DNA of 59,932 nucleotides from Granulicella sp. (GTDB lineage Bacteria; Acidobacteriota; Terriglobia; Terriglobales; Acidobacteriaceae). Below are positions 30,527 through 40,854 of the stretch, one piece after another. Position 1 is the stretch's first letter; every line of letters starts with the position of its first letter. Where the stretch lies: assembly GCA_027339965.1 (NCBI GenBank), contig DAHWNL010000086.1:1-59932 (forward strand), read 5' to 3'. A program made the position numbers and the translations under genes. The notes under the pieces were generated by a model. That model had not been told where the DNA came from and did no database searches. It saw only the letters and a program-made list of their open reading frames with translations.

Positions 30527-31681
30527 ATGTCTCTTTTCTTCAAGATCGCCGCCGGCAGCGCGGCGGGCGGACGGCGGGCGGAGCTGGCGCTGCCCCATGG
30601 GGTGGTTCAGACCCCGGTGTTCATGCCGGTGGGAACCGCGGCCACGGTGAAGGCTGTGGAGCAGGGAGTGCTCGAGAGCCTGAACGCCGAGATCATCTTA
30701 GCCAACACCTATCACCTCTATCTTCGGCCCGGCCATGAGATGATTCGGCGGCTGGGCGGGGTGCATCGGTTCATGAGCTGGGAACGGCCGATGCTGACCG
30801 ACTCGGGAGGCTTTCAGGTCTTCTCCCTGGCCAACCTGCGCAAGATCTCTCCGGACGGCGTGGAGTTTCGCTCTCACCTGGATGGCAGCCTCCATTTTTT
30901 CTCTCCCGAGCACTCCATGGCTGTGCAGATTGCGCTTGGCGCCGACGTGATGATGGTCTTCGACGAGTGCGTGGAGACGCCAGCGAGCTGGGAGCGCACC
31001 CGGGACTCGATGGCCCTGACCCATGCCTGGGCGGAGCGCTCCAGGCAGTATTGGCTGGAACACCGGCACGAGACGCCGTGGGCGCAGCCAGGCCTTGCCC
31101 GCGAGGGCCGGCACCAGGCCCTGTTCGGGATCGTGCAGGGTGGCATGTATGCCGACTTGCGCCGGGAGAGCGCGCTGCGGCTGGTGGAGATGGATCTGCC
31201 CGGCTATGCCATCGGCGGGCTGGCCGTGGGTGAGCCGCGCGAGGTCACCCGGGAGATGATCGCCCGGACACTCGAGCATCTGCCTGCGGACAAGCCGCGC
31301 TATGTGATGGGCGTGGGGTATCCCGATGAGATTGAAGAGTACGCTCGCATGGGCGTGGATATGATGGACTGCGTTCTACCCACGCGCGCCGGCCGGCACG
31401 GGCTGGTCTTTGTGCGTGAGGATCCGCGGGATCGCAGCAGCGCGGTGCGGCGAGTGAACGTGAAGAAGCTGGAGAACGCTGAAGACCAGCGGCCGCTGGA
31501 CGAGGGCTGCGGCTGCATGGTCTGCCGCAGGTACACCCGCGCCTATCTGCGCCACCTCTTCTCCAGCGGAGAGCCGCTGGGGGCGACGCTGAACTCGGTG
31601 CACAACCTGGCGTTCTATCTGGAGACCATGGAGCGGGTGCGATCCTACGCGGACGGCGAACGGCTTCGCATGGCGGAGTAA
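30527..31681 (+). CDS. tgt: tRNA guanosine(34) transglycosylase
   Basis: TPVFMPVGT, NTYHL, DSGGFQVFSL, GIVQGG, DMMDCVLPTR and the CGCMVC zinc site. Confidence 0.98.
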   Translation: MSLFFKIAAGSAAGGRRAELALPHGVVQTPVFMPVGTAATVKAVEQGVLESLNAEIILANTYHLYLRPGHEMIRRLGGVHRFMSWERPMLTDSGGFQVFSLANLRKISPDGVEFRSHLDGSLHFFSPEHSMAVQIALGADVMMVFDECVETPASWERTRDSMALTHAWAERSRQYWLEHRHETPWAQPGLAREGRHQALFGIVQGGMYADLRRESALRLVEMDLPGYAIGGLAVGEPREVTREMIARTLEHLPADKPRYVMGVGYPDEIEEYARMGVDMMDCVLPTRAGRHGLVFVREDPRDRSSAVRRVNVKKLENAEDQRPLDEGCGCMVCRRYTRAYLRHLFSSGEPLGATLNSVHNLAFYLETMERVRSYADGERLRMAE

Positions 31682-31864
31682 AGCGTGGTGAGCTCCGCGA
31701 TGCTTCGGGGTGGATGAGGGGATTTGGAGGGCCCGGTTGCGGCGTTGCGGCGTGCAGATCTCGGTAGAGATTGGGTTTGGCAAGACGTTGCCGTGGATCG
31801 AGAGGAGGGCCTGCGCCGGTCGTGGCGCGGGTGCATACTGGCCATACGGAAGGGGAAGAGCGGG

Positions 31865-34036
31865 ATGGCGGCGTTGCGGCAGCATGACGTTCTGACATTG
31901 CAGAAGAGGCGATGGGTGCGGATGGTCTGCGTTGTTGCGCTGCTGCTTCTGCAGGCGCTGCAACTGGTGCATGTCGCCCGGGCGACCTCCTCGAGCTGGG
32001 ATGAGCCGCATCATCTGCTGGACGGCTACACCATCTGGAAGTTCGATGATTATCGTCTGAACCCCGAGGTACCGCCGCTGATCAAGCTGACCGCAGCATT
32101 GCCTCTGCTGCGGATGCGTCTCACGGTGCCGCCGAATCTGGGGCGAGAGGATCCGACCGAGGCTTTTCTAGATGGCAAGGCCTTTGTCTTTGGCAACGGG
32201 GGCGACCGCGTGCTCTTCCCCGCGCGGATGGCGGCGATGAGTTACGCCCTGGCGCTGGGCCTGCTGATCTATCTATTTGCGGAGGAGATGTTCGGGTTTG
32301 TGGCCGGGATCTGTGCGCTGGCGATGTTTGTCTTTGACCCCAACTTTCTGGCTCACGGAGCGATGGTCACCACGGATGTGGGAGCGGCGTGCTGCTTCCT
32401 GGCTTCGGTGTTCAGCTTTTACAGGTATTGTCAACGGCGGGGTCTGGCGCGGCTTGTGGTGACGGGCGTGGCGCTGGGGCTGGCGCTCTCGGCCAAGTAC
32501 ACGGGGATCTTTCTGCTGCCGATCCTGGCCCTGATCGTGTTGCTGGAGGCGGTGCTGTCGGCGGTGCGGAGACCGGCTACTCTCCAGAAGCAGGGATCGG
32601 AAGCAGCGGAGAAGGGTCGGGCGGCGCAGGGCTGGGACGTGCTGTGGCGCAGGAGCGAGGCGCTGCTGGCGGTAGGGTTGATCGCCTGGGTGGTGGTGTG
32701 GAGCTTCTACGGGTTTCGCTACCGGGCGGCTCCGGCGGGGAAGGATCTGAATCCGCCCCTGGCGGAGTATCTGACCCAGATGCGGGACAAGCGCGATGCC
32801 CGCATGCTGGGGTTGCTGGCGCGCTACAAGGTATTACCGGAGGGGTATCTGTGGGGTTTGGAGAACACCCAACAGATCGCCTACGACGACACCAGCTACT
32901 TCTGGGGCAAGGTCTACCCACACGGCAACTGGGAGTACTTTCCGGTGGCGTTGCTGATCAAGTCTACGCTGCCGTTTTTGATGCTGCTGGGTCTGACGCC
33001 GCTGGCTTGGCGATGGGGGCGAAGGCGGATCCTTGCAGCGCCGGCGGGCGCTGGAGGCGAAGCCGGCGCTGGATCTGAAGTCAAATTTGCGGCCGGGGAT
33101 CTGATCTTTCTGCTCTCGCCGATCGCCGTGTACCTGGCGATCTCGATGAGCGCGAACATGGACATCGGCATACGCCATATGCTGCCGGTGTATGCGTTCC
33201 TGTATGTACTGGTAGGCGGCACGGCGATGCTTTTGCTGCGCTGGGATCTGCGCTGGGCCTGGCTGCTGGCTGCGCTGCTGGTCTGGCAGGTGGTCACCTC
33301 GGTGCAGATATCGCCGGCCTACATGGCGTACGGCAATCGCGCCTGGGGTGGGCCGGACAAGGTGGATCGCTATCTGGGCGACGCGAATACGGATTGGGGC
33401 CAGCAGTTGAAGGCAGTGAAAGCCTATCTGGACCAGAGGCACATCACCGACTGCTGGTTTGTGTACTTTCCGGATGGTTCGATCGACCCGATCGATTATG
33501 GGATTCCCTGCCGTCGGCTACCGACGGCCAACCTTCTCTGGTGGCTCGATCTGCCCGTGCAGATGCCTCCCGTCATCAGCGGCACGGTGCTGATCAGCGC
33601 CTCCGATCTGGAAGGAATCGAATTTGGCGACGGCAAGCTGAATCCTTATGGACCGTTCACGAAGATCAAGCCGGTGGCGGTGATTCAGCATGGTGTCTAT
33701 GTCTATCAGGGTACGTTCAGGATGCCGCTGGCCGCGGCGCTGGCGGAGGCGCAGGAGGCGGAGGACCTGAGCGACGATGGCCAGTCGGCAGCAGCCCTGG
33801 CCAAGGCCGAGGACGCGGAGCGGCTGGCGCCGGATTCGGGCCAGGTGGCGGACACGCTGGGCGACGTGCTGGCTGCCGATGGACAGAAGGCCGCCGCGCT
33901 GGCCGAGTATCAAAGGGCGCTGCAGCTTCGCCAGAGCGTTCGCCCGGACTTGCAGGTAGAAGATATTGCGCAACTGAAGGAAAAGATCGCGCAGCTCCAA
34001 GGCACTGCCGGGGCTCTGCCGGCTCGCCGTAGATGA
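31865..34036 (+). CDS. GT-C membrane glycosyltransferase (PMT_2/ArnT-like) with C-terminal TPR
   Basis: SWDEPHH, LNPEVPPLIK, VTTD, IGIRHMLP and DWGQ motifs; helical TPR-like tail. Confidence 0.82.
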   Translation: MAALRQHDVLTLQKRRWVRMVCVVALLLLQALQLVHVARATSSSWDEPHHLLDGYTIWKFDDYRLNPEVPPLIKLTAALPLLRMRLTVPPNLGREDPTEAFLDGKAFVFGNGGDRVLFPARMAAMSYALALGLLIYLFAEEMFGFVAGICALAMFVFDPNFLAHGAMVTTDVGAACCFLASVFSFYRYCQRRGLARLVVTGVALGLALSAKYTGIFLLPILALIVLLEAVLSAVRRPATLQKQGSEAAEKGRAAQGWDVLWRRSEALLAVGLIAWVVVWSFYGFRYRAAPAGKDLNPPLAEYLTQMRDKRDARMLGLLARYKVLPEGYLWGLENTQQIAYDDTSYFWGKVYPHGNWEYFPVALLIKSTLPFLMLLGLTPLAWRWGRRRILAAPAGAGGEAGAGSEVKFAAGDLIFLLSPIAVYLAISMSANMDIGIRHMLPVYAFLYVLVGGTAMLLLRWDLRWAWLLAALLVWQVVTSVQISPAYMAYGNRAWGGPDKVDRYLGDANTDWGQQLKAVKAYLDQRHITDCWFVYFPDGSIDPIDYGIPCRRLPTANLLWWLDLPVQMPPVISGTVLISASDLEGIEFGDGKLNPYGPFTKIKPVAVIQHGVYVYQGTFRMPLAAALAEAQEAEDLSDDGQSAAALAKAEDAERLAPDSGQVADTLGDVLAADGQKAAALAEYQRALQLRQSVRPDLQVEDIAQLKEKIAQLQGTAGALPARRR

Positions 34037-34102
34037 ACCGCCGTGAAGCCGGCTGCTGGATAACCGCCTGAGCACCGCCTTCTGCAGCGGGCGACGCTCA
34101 GG

Positions 34103-35293
34103 CTAATAGGCGGCGATGCCGGTGACGCTCTGGCCGATAATCAGGGTGTGGATGTCCTGAGTGCCCTCGTAGGTTTTGACCGATTCCAGGTTCATCATGT
34201 GGCGCATGATTGGGTAGTCGTCGGCGATGCCGTTGGCGCCCAGGATCTCGCGCGAGAGCCGGGCGCACTCCAGGGCCATCCAGACGTTGTTGCGCTTGGC
34301 CATGGAGATGTGCTGGAAGCCGGCCTTGCCCTGGTCCTTGAGGCGGCCCACCTGCAAGGCGAGGAGCTGGGCCTTGGTGATCTCGGTGATCATCCAGGCC
34401 AGCTTTTCCTGCACCAGTTGGTGGCTGGCAATGGGCTGGTTGCGGAACTGCTTGCGCTGGCCGGCGTACTGCAGCGCGGTGTCATAACAGGCCATGGCGG
34501 CGCCGATGGCGCCCCAGGCGATGCCGTAGCGCGCTTGGCTGAGGCACTCCAGAGGCGATTTCAGCCCATCACTGCCAGGCAGCAGGTTGGCCGCAGGAAT
34601 GCGAACGTTCTGCAGTGAGAGGCCGGAGGTGACCGAGGCGCGCAGCGACCACTTGCCATGGACGTCCTGCGCGGAGAAACCAGGGCGATCGGTCTCCACC
34701 AGAAAGCCGCGGATGCGCGGCTCTCTCTCCGTCGAGGGATCTTCCAGTTTCGCCCAGATCACCGCCATGTCGGCGATGCTGCCGGAGGTGATCCACATCT
34801 TCTCGCCGTTCAGGATGTACTCATCTCCCTGCATGCGCACCCGCGTCCGCATCCCGCCGGGATTGGAGCCGAAGTCCGGCTCGGTGAGACCGAAGCAACC
34901 CACCTTCTCTCCCGTAGCCAGTTGGGGCAGCCACTGCGCTTTCTGCTCTGCGGAACCAAAGGCGTGAATAGGAAACATCACTAGGGCGGATTGAACGCTG
35001 GCGAAGCTGCGGACGCCGGAGTCGCCCCGCTCCAGCTCCTGATAGAGCAGGCCCGCCTCGACATTGCTCATGCCGGCGCAGCCGTAGTCCGACAGGGTGG
35101 CGCCAAAGAAGCCAAGTTCACCCATGGGCCGGATGAGTTCGCGGGGAAAACGGCCCTCCCGGTTGCAGGACTCGATGATGGGAGTTACGCGATCTTCGAC
35201 GAAGGCGCGCGTGTTGTTGCGAACCAGAAGCTCATCTTCCGAAAGCAGAGAGTCCAAGGAGATAAAGTCAACACCCTGAAACTTAAATGCCAT
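34103..35293 (-). CDS. gcdH: glutaryl-CoA dehydrogenase-like acyl-CoA dehydrogenase
   Basis: ERGDSGVRSFASVQS, GCFGLTEPDFGSNP and RHMMNLESVKTYEGT motifs typical of GCD. Confidence 0.85.
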   Translation of the reverse strand: MAFKFQGVDFISLDSLLSEDELLVRNNTRAFVEDRVTPIIESCNREGRFPRELIRPMGELGFFGATLSDYGCAGMSNVEAGLLYQELERGDSGVRSFASVQSALVMFPIHAFGSAEQKAQWLPQLATGEKVGCFGLTEPDFGSNPGGMRTRVRMQGDEYILNGEKMWITSGSIADMAVIWAKLEDPSTEREPRIRGFLVETDRPGFSAQDVHGKWSLRASVTSGLSLQNVRIPAANLLPGSDGLKSPLECLSQARYGIAWGAIGAAMACYDTALQYAGQRKQFRNQPIASHQLVQEKLAWMITEITKAQLLALQVGRLKDQGKAGFQHISMAKRNNVWMALECARLSREILGANGIADDYPIMRHMMNLESVKTYEGTQDIHTLIIGQSVTGIAAY

Positions 35294-35516
35294 AGCCCAG
35301 CCATTGTAGATCAGGAGACCCCTCCGGTGAGCCGCGGGGTCTTTTGCAGTGCTTGGCGTCACGGTCTTTCTGAGACCAAGGCAAACTGCACCGGCCTTTG
35401 AGGAGGCTTGCGCCGCAGCCGCGCCGCAGGAGCTCCTCAGGCCATCGCACAACCCGGGCGCGTTGCAAGCGGATGGCCAGTCAAAACGCTAAAATAAGGG
35501 AAGCCCATATCAAGGC

Positions 35517-36473
35517 ATGAGGAACTCATCCATGACATCCACGCAACTCAATTCGGCGCTGGAGACGGTCGCTCGCAACGCCGGCCTGAACCTGGCACCC
35601 ACAGGGACGGGCACAGACTTTACCGGCGCGCCCACTGCGCGCTTCCTCCTGATGCCGGCCGATAGCGCCGCTCGCGGTCCCGGCGCGACCGCAGAGGGGC
35701 TGCTAGAACTAAGCCAGGGTTTTGACGCCGCGGATTCAAAGTTCGTCGCGCCGCTGGCCGCCTACTTCCAGGAGACGGCCCAGCGGATGCGCAATCCACG
35801 CCCAGAGGTTCACCTGACCCTGCACGGCCTGCCGATCAGCTTTGGCCACTTCGGCTGGCCTTTCCATAGCTCAACCTCCGGAGCCGATACCTTCATCGTG
35901 CATGGAAAGATCAAGCTGGAAGATGGACGGGACAGCAAGCTGCACGCCGAGGTCTCCGCATCCATGACGCAGACCTTCGCCTCCGTTCTCGTGGCGATGG
36001 AGCAGCCGTTTGCCGAAGGGGTGATCTACAACGCCGTGCGCAAGACCCTGGATCAGGGCCAACTGGAGCTGGTTCAGTCCGGCAACCGCCAGCCGGTGCC
36101 GGTGACCACGCGTTATTACTCGATGAAGCAGCAGGTCTTCGTCTTCAATGACACCACCGAGCAACAGCGCCACGACTATCTCTTGGCCAAGGTCTTCTGG
36201 CTCTCGCATGTTCTAGGAGGCGGTTCTCCGGTCTGGCTCACCGATCCCCGCGACGCGCAGTATCTCAACTGCGGCGTTGCCGATCTCAAGCGCACGGCGC
36301 AGGCGCTCTCTGGCGAAGGCCATCTGCTTCTGGACGGCCGGGGCGAGTGGGCCACGGCGAGCGAGCGTCTGCGCGGTCAAGAAGAGTTCTATCGCACTCA
36401 GTTGGAAGAGGCCCTGGCTTTTATCAAGCCCAGCTTCAATGAGGCTATGCGCCACGGGCACACCAACATGTAA
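35517..36473 (+). CDS. hypothetical protein
   Basis: 318-aa ORF with coding-like GC3 bias, divergent from gcdH; TAAAAT upstream. Confidence 0.8.
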   Translation: MRNSSMTSTQLNSALETVARNAGLNLAPTGTGTDFTGAPTARFLLMPADSAARGPGATAEGLLELSQGFDAADSKFVAPLAAYFQETAQRMRNPRPEVHLTLHGLPISFGHFGWPFHSSTSGADTFIVHGKIKLEDGRDSKLHAEVSASMTQTFASVLVAMEQPFAEGVIYNAVRKTLDQGQLELVQSGNRQPVPVTTRYYSMKQQVFVFNDTTEQQRHDYLLAKVFWLSHVLGGGSPVWLTDPRDAQYLNCGVADLKRTAQALSGEGHLLLDGRGEWATASERLRGQEEFYRTQLEEALAFIKPSFNEAMRHGHTNM

Positions 36474-36606
36474 ACGCTCGGGGGCGAAGGCTCCGAATGG
36501 AGAGATCACGTCCCGCCGGGAACGCAACGTACCCCTTTCGTATGCGTCCGGCGGCCAGAGCCCGTCGCCGGAGGCGCCCGGCGGACTTGGCCCGGCGAAG
36601 CGCAGG

Positions 36607-37680
36607 TCAGGCGTGGGAAAGCTCCATCTCCAACTGCACAAAGGCATCCCAGGCACTATCTTCCACGGCAACGCCCCGCAGCATGCTCTCTTCGCGGGTG
36701 CGCAGGGTTCCTTCGCCGGGATAACGGACCGGTTCGCCGGAATGGATTGGCTTGGCGGCATGCAGGGCGTCAATGGAGCGCTGCGCAACACCGGCTCCCT
36801 GAGCAAAGCGGCTTAGCTCTTCAATGGTCTCCACAAAGGCCGGAGCGATGGCCAGAAAGACCTGAGATTGCCCTACCTCCTGGAGCGGATCTGGAGAAAG
36901 ATCGTGGGTTGCCAGGCCTCCGCTCAGCATGGCCGCCAGCACATCCAACACAAAGGCCAGGCCCGAGCCCTTCCAGTAGCCAATGGGCAGGGCGCGCTGG
37001 GAGCGTTCGATAGCAGCCGCATCCGTCGTCAGCCGGCCGTACTCGTTGTAGCCCCCCGGAACCGGCAGAGGCTCGCCGCGGACTCGGTAGGAGGCCAACG
37101 TCCCGTAGGAGAACTGGCTCATGGCCATATCCAGCACGATGGGTGCGGAATGTCCTTGACCTTCCCCGGGTGAAAGAACGCGGCGCGGGATGGCAATAAC
37201 CAGCGGATTGTTGCCCAAGGCGGCGCTGCCCGCTCCCCATGGCGGCATATTGGGTAAGGTATTGGACCAGCAAAGCGCAGCGAAGCCCGCGTCCGCGGCC
37301 TGCCATCCGTAGGTTCCACCGCGCATCCAATGCGAGGTGTCGGCCAGGGCCACGCACCCCAGTCCATGCTCCCGGGCAAGCTCCATAGCGCGTTGCATGG
37401 CGGAGTAGGCTGCCAGATTGCCAGGACCGCGCCTTCCTGTCCAACGCTCGAGAGCTCCGAAGCCTGCCACCTTCTCCGGGCCGGCACGGGGATCGATCAG
37501 CCCGCTTTTGACCCACTGCGAAAAGCGCGGAAGCCGCGCGATGCCGTGCGTCCGCACGCCGTCGCGATCCGTCTCCGCGATCAGTCTTGCCCCAAGGGCG
37601 GCGCGAGCCGGGGCAACACCCAGCGCCAGCAGAACCAGCTCCATTCGCCCTTGCAGTTCTGCAAATTCTACACGCCTCAT
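36607..37680 (-). CDS. yiaK: 3-dehydro-L-gulonate 2-dehydrogenase (Ldh_2 family)
   Basis: GVRTHG, HWMRGGTYGWQAA, LDMAMSQFSYG and LPIGYWKGSGL motifs. Confidence 0.88.
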   Translation of the reverse strand: MRRVEFAELQGRMELVLLALGVAPARAALGARLIAETDRDGVRTHGIARLPRFSQWVKSGLIDPRAGPEKVAGFGALERWTGRRGPGNLAAYSAMQRAMELAREHGLGCVALADTSHWMRGGTYGWQAADAGFAALCWSNTLPNMPPWGAGSAALGNNPLVIAIPRRVLSPGEGQGHSAPIVLDMAMSQFSYGTLASYRVRGEPLPVPGGYNEYGRLTTDAAAIERSQRALPIGYWKGSGLAFVLDVLAAMLSGGLATHDLSPDPLQEVGQSQVFLAIAPAFVETIEELSRFAQGAGVAQRSIDALHAAKPIHSGEPVRYPGEGTLRTREESMLRGVAVEDSAWDAFVQLEMELSHA

Positions 37681-37792
37681 AGGTTACCCTGCTCCCCATG
37701 CGCCGTCTTGGCAATCAGTCTACACATCCGAGATACACTCGTCAGCAGATGCGCAAGGAAAATCAGTTGATTCTCACTGCGAGGCGCCTGCT

Positions 37793-39361
37793 TTGAAATC
37801 TCCCTTTCTTCTATCCCTGGCCGGCCTGCTCGGCCTAGCTCCGCTGGCCGTTGCCTCTGCGGCCCCATCCGGCCCCGCAAGTTCCACCTCCCAAACAACC
37901 GTGCCGGTGCTGATGCTCTCCGATATTCATTTGGATCCGTTTCACGATCCGGCTAAATTTGCCCAGCTTCGCTCCACGCCCGCCAGCGGCTGGGCTGCCA
38001 TCCTCTCTGCCCCTGCCTCGCCGGACCAGGCTGCGGCGTTTGCCAGGCTACAGGCCGGCTGCCACGCCAGAGGCATGGACACGCCGCCGGCGCTGCTGGC
38101 CTCCAGCCTGCGCGGCGAAGAGGCGCAGCAGGCAGATCCGCTGTTTGTTACCGTCTCCGGCGATCTTCTGGCTCACCAGTTCGATTGCCGCTTCCATGCC
38201 CTGGCTCCTGATGCTGGAGCCGCCGAACTCTCCTCCTTCGCCGCGCGTACGGTAGCTTTCATCGCATTGCAGTTGCGCGCCGCCTTCCCGCACTCTCCCA
38301 TCTACTTCGCTCTGGGAAATAACGACTCCGGCTGCCATGATTACAGCGAGGATCCAGGGAGCGTCTTTCTCCAAGCTGCTGCCGAGAGCTTTGCCGCCAC
38401 GGTTCTCTCTGCGGCGAACCATTCGGCTATCCTGCAAACCTATCCTCGAATGGGAGACGTCGTCCTGACGCTGCCGGCCCCGATGCAAGCCGCCCGGCTC
38501 ATCATTTTGCAGGATCTGTTCCAGTCCGGCCACTACTCCCAGTGCGATGGGGCAGTAAAGACGGAGGCCGCCGCAGAGCAGATTCAATGGCTCCGCGCCC
38601 AACTTCAGGCCGCCCGGGCTGCGCATCAACAGGTCTGGATCATGGCCCATATTCCGCCGGGCATCGAGGTGTACCGCACCTTGGCTACCGCCCGCGACGT
38701 TTGCGCCGGCCAGGAACCGGAGGAGTTCCTTCGCTCTGCAGATCTGGCGCAGGCCATCGCAGCCTATCCCGATGTGATTCGTCTTGCGCTCTTTGGCCAT
38801 ACCCACATGGACGAATTTCGTGTATTCAGAGGCTATGGCGGCAGTGGCGCCGCAACCTTCGTCCCCGCAAAGCTGGTTCCCTCCATCTCCCCGGTTGACG
38901 GTAACCATCCTGCCTTCACCCTCGCCCAGGTGGACCCGAAGACCGCCGTGCTGACGGACTATACGGTCTATATCGCCAGTAACAAGACGGGGGAACAGAC
39001 GATCTGGAGCAGGGAGTACAGCTACTCGGCCACCTATCACCTTGCGAGTCTCTCCGGCCGCGCACTGGCGCAACTCACCAGCAAGTTTCTCGCCGACCCC
39101 ACGGGCCAAAGCCAGGCCAGCCACTCCTATCAGAGCTACTTTTACCCTGGAGCGCGGAGCAGCGGCACGGCCCGGATCAGCGAGCTAGGCGCGCTATCGA
39201 AGGCGAAAAAGATCCGGACGCTAGAGGCTATCGCCTGGCCTCTGTACGCCTGCGCCATGGCCAACCAGGGAGCGGCGAGCTTCCGCGACTGCGTCTGCCG
39301 AGCAACCCCAGTGCCCGGCCCAGCAGCGCCAGGGCGAGGAACTGCCCCGCAAGATCCATGA
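37793..39361 (+). CDS. secreted acid sphingomyelinase-like metallophosphoesterase
   Basis: TTG start and signal peptide; SDIHLD, SGDLLAH, GNND, HIPPG, GHTH and PSISP..GNHPAF motifs. Confidence 0.85.
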   Translation: MKSPFLLSLAGLLGLAPLAVASAAPSGPASSTSQTTVPVLMLSDIHLDPFHDPAKFAQLRSTPASGWAAILSAPASPDQAAAFARLQAGCHARGMDTPPALLASSLRGEEAQQADPLFVTVSGDLLAHQFDCRFHALAPDAGAAELSSFAARTVAFIALQLRAAFPHSPIYFALGNNDSGCHDYSEDPGSVFLQAAAESFAATVLSAANHSAILQTYPRMGDVVLTLPAPMQAARLIILQDLFQSGHYSQCDGAVKTEAAAEQIQWLRAQLQAARAAHQQVWIMAHIPPGIEVYRTLATARDVCAGQEPEEFLRSADLAQAIAAYPDVIRLALFGHTHMDEFRVFRGYGGSGAATFVPAKLVPSISPVDGNHPAFTLAQVDPKTAVLTDYTVYIASNKTGEQTIWSREYSYSATYHLASLSGRALAQLTSKFLADPTGQSQASHSYQSYFYPGARSSGTARISELGALSKAKKIRTLEAIAWPLYACAMANQGAASFRDCVCRATPVPGPAAPGRGTAPQDP

Positions 39362-39722
39362 CCCGGCCCGCCAGGCCGCTGAACAACTTCGCTGGACTGC
39401 CGTGAGGTGAGGCCACGAGCGAGCGATGCATCCAAAGCGAGCGCTTGGATAACGCCGTGGACCGGGAGTGGAGACATGGCGGCATGAAGTCTCAAGGCGC
39501 AGGCGCTTGGGAGCGAGGGTCTTTCGCACGAAGGTCTTCAGCGCTTCCGTTAAAGGCGGTGGATGCGGTAACCGCGCAAAAGAATCGACCCGGGAGGCTC
39601 AGGATTTGACTTTCGTTGGCGTCGGATTCGAGGATGAAACTCCCGGGGTAATCAAGATCACTGTCAGGGGTTCGAGCAACGCTGTCAACTTGGTCTTTCC
39701 TGTTCGGCGAGGGGGAAAAGGG

Positions 39723-40721
39723 ATGCATGAGACGCTGCAATCCGCTACGGCAGGAGGGAGGTTGCGCGCGGCCGTCGAGGCCGAACACCCCTTGCAGTTA
39801 GTGGGCGCCATCAACGCCTACCATGCGCTGATGGCGCAACGGGTGGGCTACCGCGCACTGTATCTCTCCGGGGGCGGCGTCGCCGCCGGCTCGCTGGGCA
39901 TGCCGGATCTAGGGATCTCCACCCTGGACGACGTGGTCACCGATGTGCGCCGCATTACCGACGTCTGCCCGTTGCCTCTTCTGGTGGACATCGATACCGG
40001 TTTCGGCGGTGCATTCAACCTGGCTCGCTCGGTGCGTTCGTTGATCAAGTTTGGCGCCGCAGGCTGCCACATTGAGGATCAGGTGCAGGCGAAGCGCTGT
40101 GGTCACAGGCCCAACAAGCAGATCGTCTCCACGGCGGAGATGATTGACCGCATCAAGGCGGCAGTAGACGCCCGGACGGACCCCTCCTTTGTGATCATGG
40201 CGCGCACCGACGCACTAGCCTCAGAGGGCCTGAACGCGGCGCTGGACCGCGCTGCTGCCTGTGTCGAAGCCGGCGCGGATATGGTCTTTCCGGAGGCGGT
40301 TACAGAACTGGCCCAGTATCGCGCCTTCGCGCGGCGCACTGGGGTTCCCATTTTGGCCAACATCACGGAGTTCGGATCCACGCCACTGTTTCCGCTCGAC
40401 CAACTGCGCAGCGCGGAGGTCTCCCTGGCACTGTATCCGCTCTCCGCGTTTCGCGCCATGAACGCCGCCGCCCTCAATGTTTATAAGCACATTCGCTCGG
40501 ACGGAACCCAGCAACAGGTGGTCAACACCATGCAGACGCGGACCGAACTCTACGACTTTCTTGGCTACCACGCCTACGAACAGAAGCTCGATCAGCTCTT
40601 TGCCAGGGAGGTGACCGAGAAAAAGGAAGCAAACAGTAAAGCGGACGCGAAGAGAATAACAGGACCGGGAAAGAGAGACCGAGCGCCGAAAGAGAAGAGA
40701 AGCCAGACCCCAGAGCGGTAG
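39723..40721 (+). CDS. prpB: 2-methylisocitrate lyase
   Basis: [28 protein letters not shown] and ANITEFG motifs. Confidence 0.97.
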   Translation: MHETLQSATAGGRLRAAVEAEHPLQLVGAINAYHALMAQRVGYRALYLSGGGVAAGSLGMPDLGISTLDDVVTDVRRITDVCPLPLLVDIDTGFGGAFNLARSVRSLIKFGAAGCHIEDQVQAKRCGHRPNKQIVSTAEMIDRIKAAVDARTDPSFVIMARTDALASEGLNAALDRAAACVEAGADMVFPEAVTELAQYRAFARRTGVPILANITEFGSTPLFPLDQLRSAEVSLALYPLSAFRAMNAAALNVYKHIRSDGTQQQVVNTMQTRTELYDFLGYHAYEQKLDQLFAREVTEKKEANSKADAKRITGPGKRDRAPKEKRSQTPER

Positions 40722-40854
40722 AGGAAGACTCGATCCAAGTAGCCAGGTCTTGCGGTTGACATGGCGAATGCCGAGCGGAGGCCAGTACAGGCGGCTTGAT
40801 CTGGAGCAAAAGCGACCGGATGGATTCCCCGGCCTTCTACAGGAGGAGAAGAAG

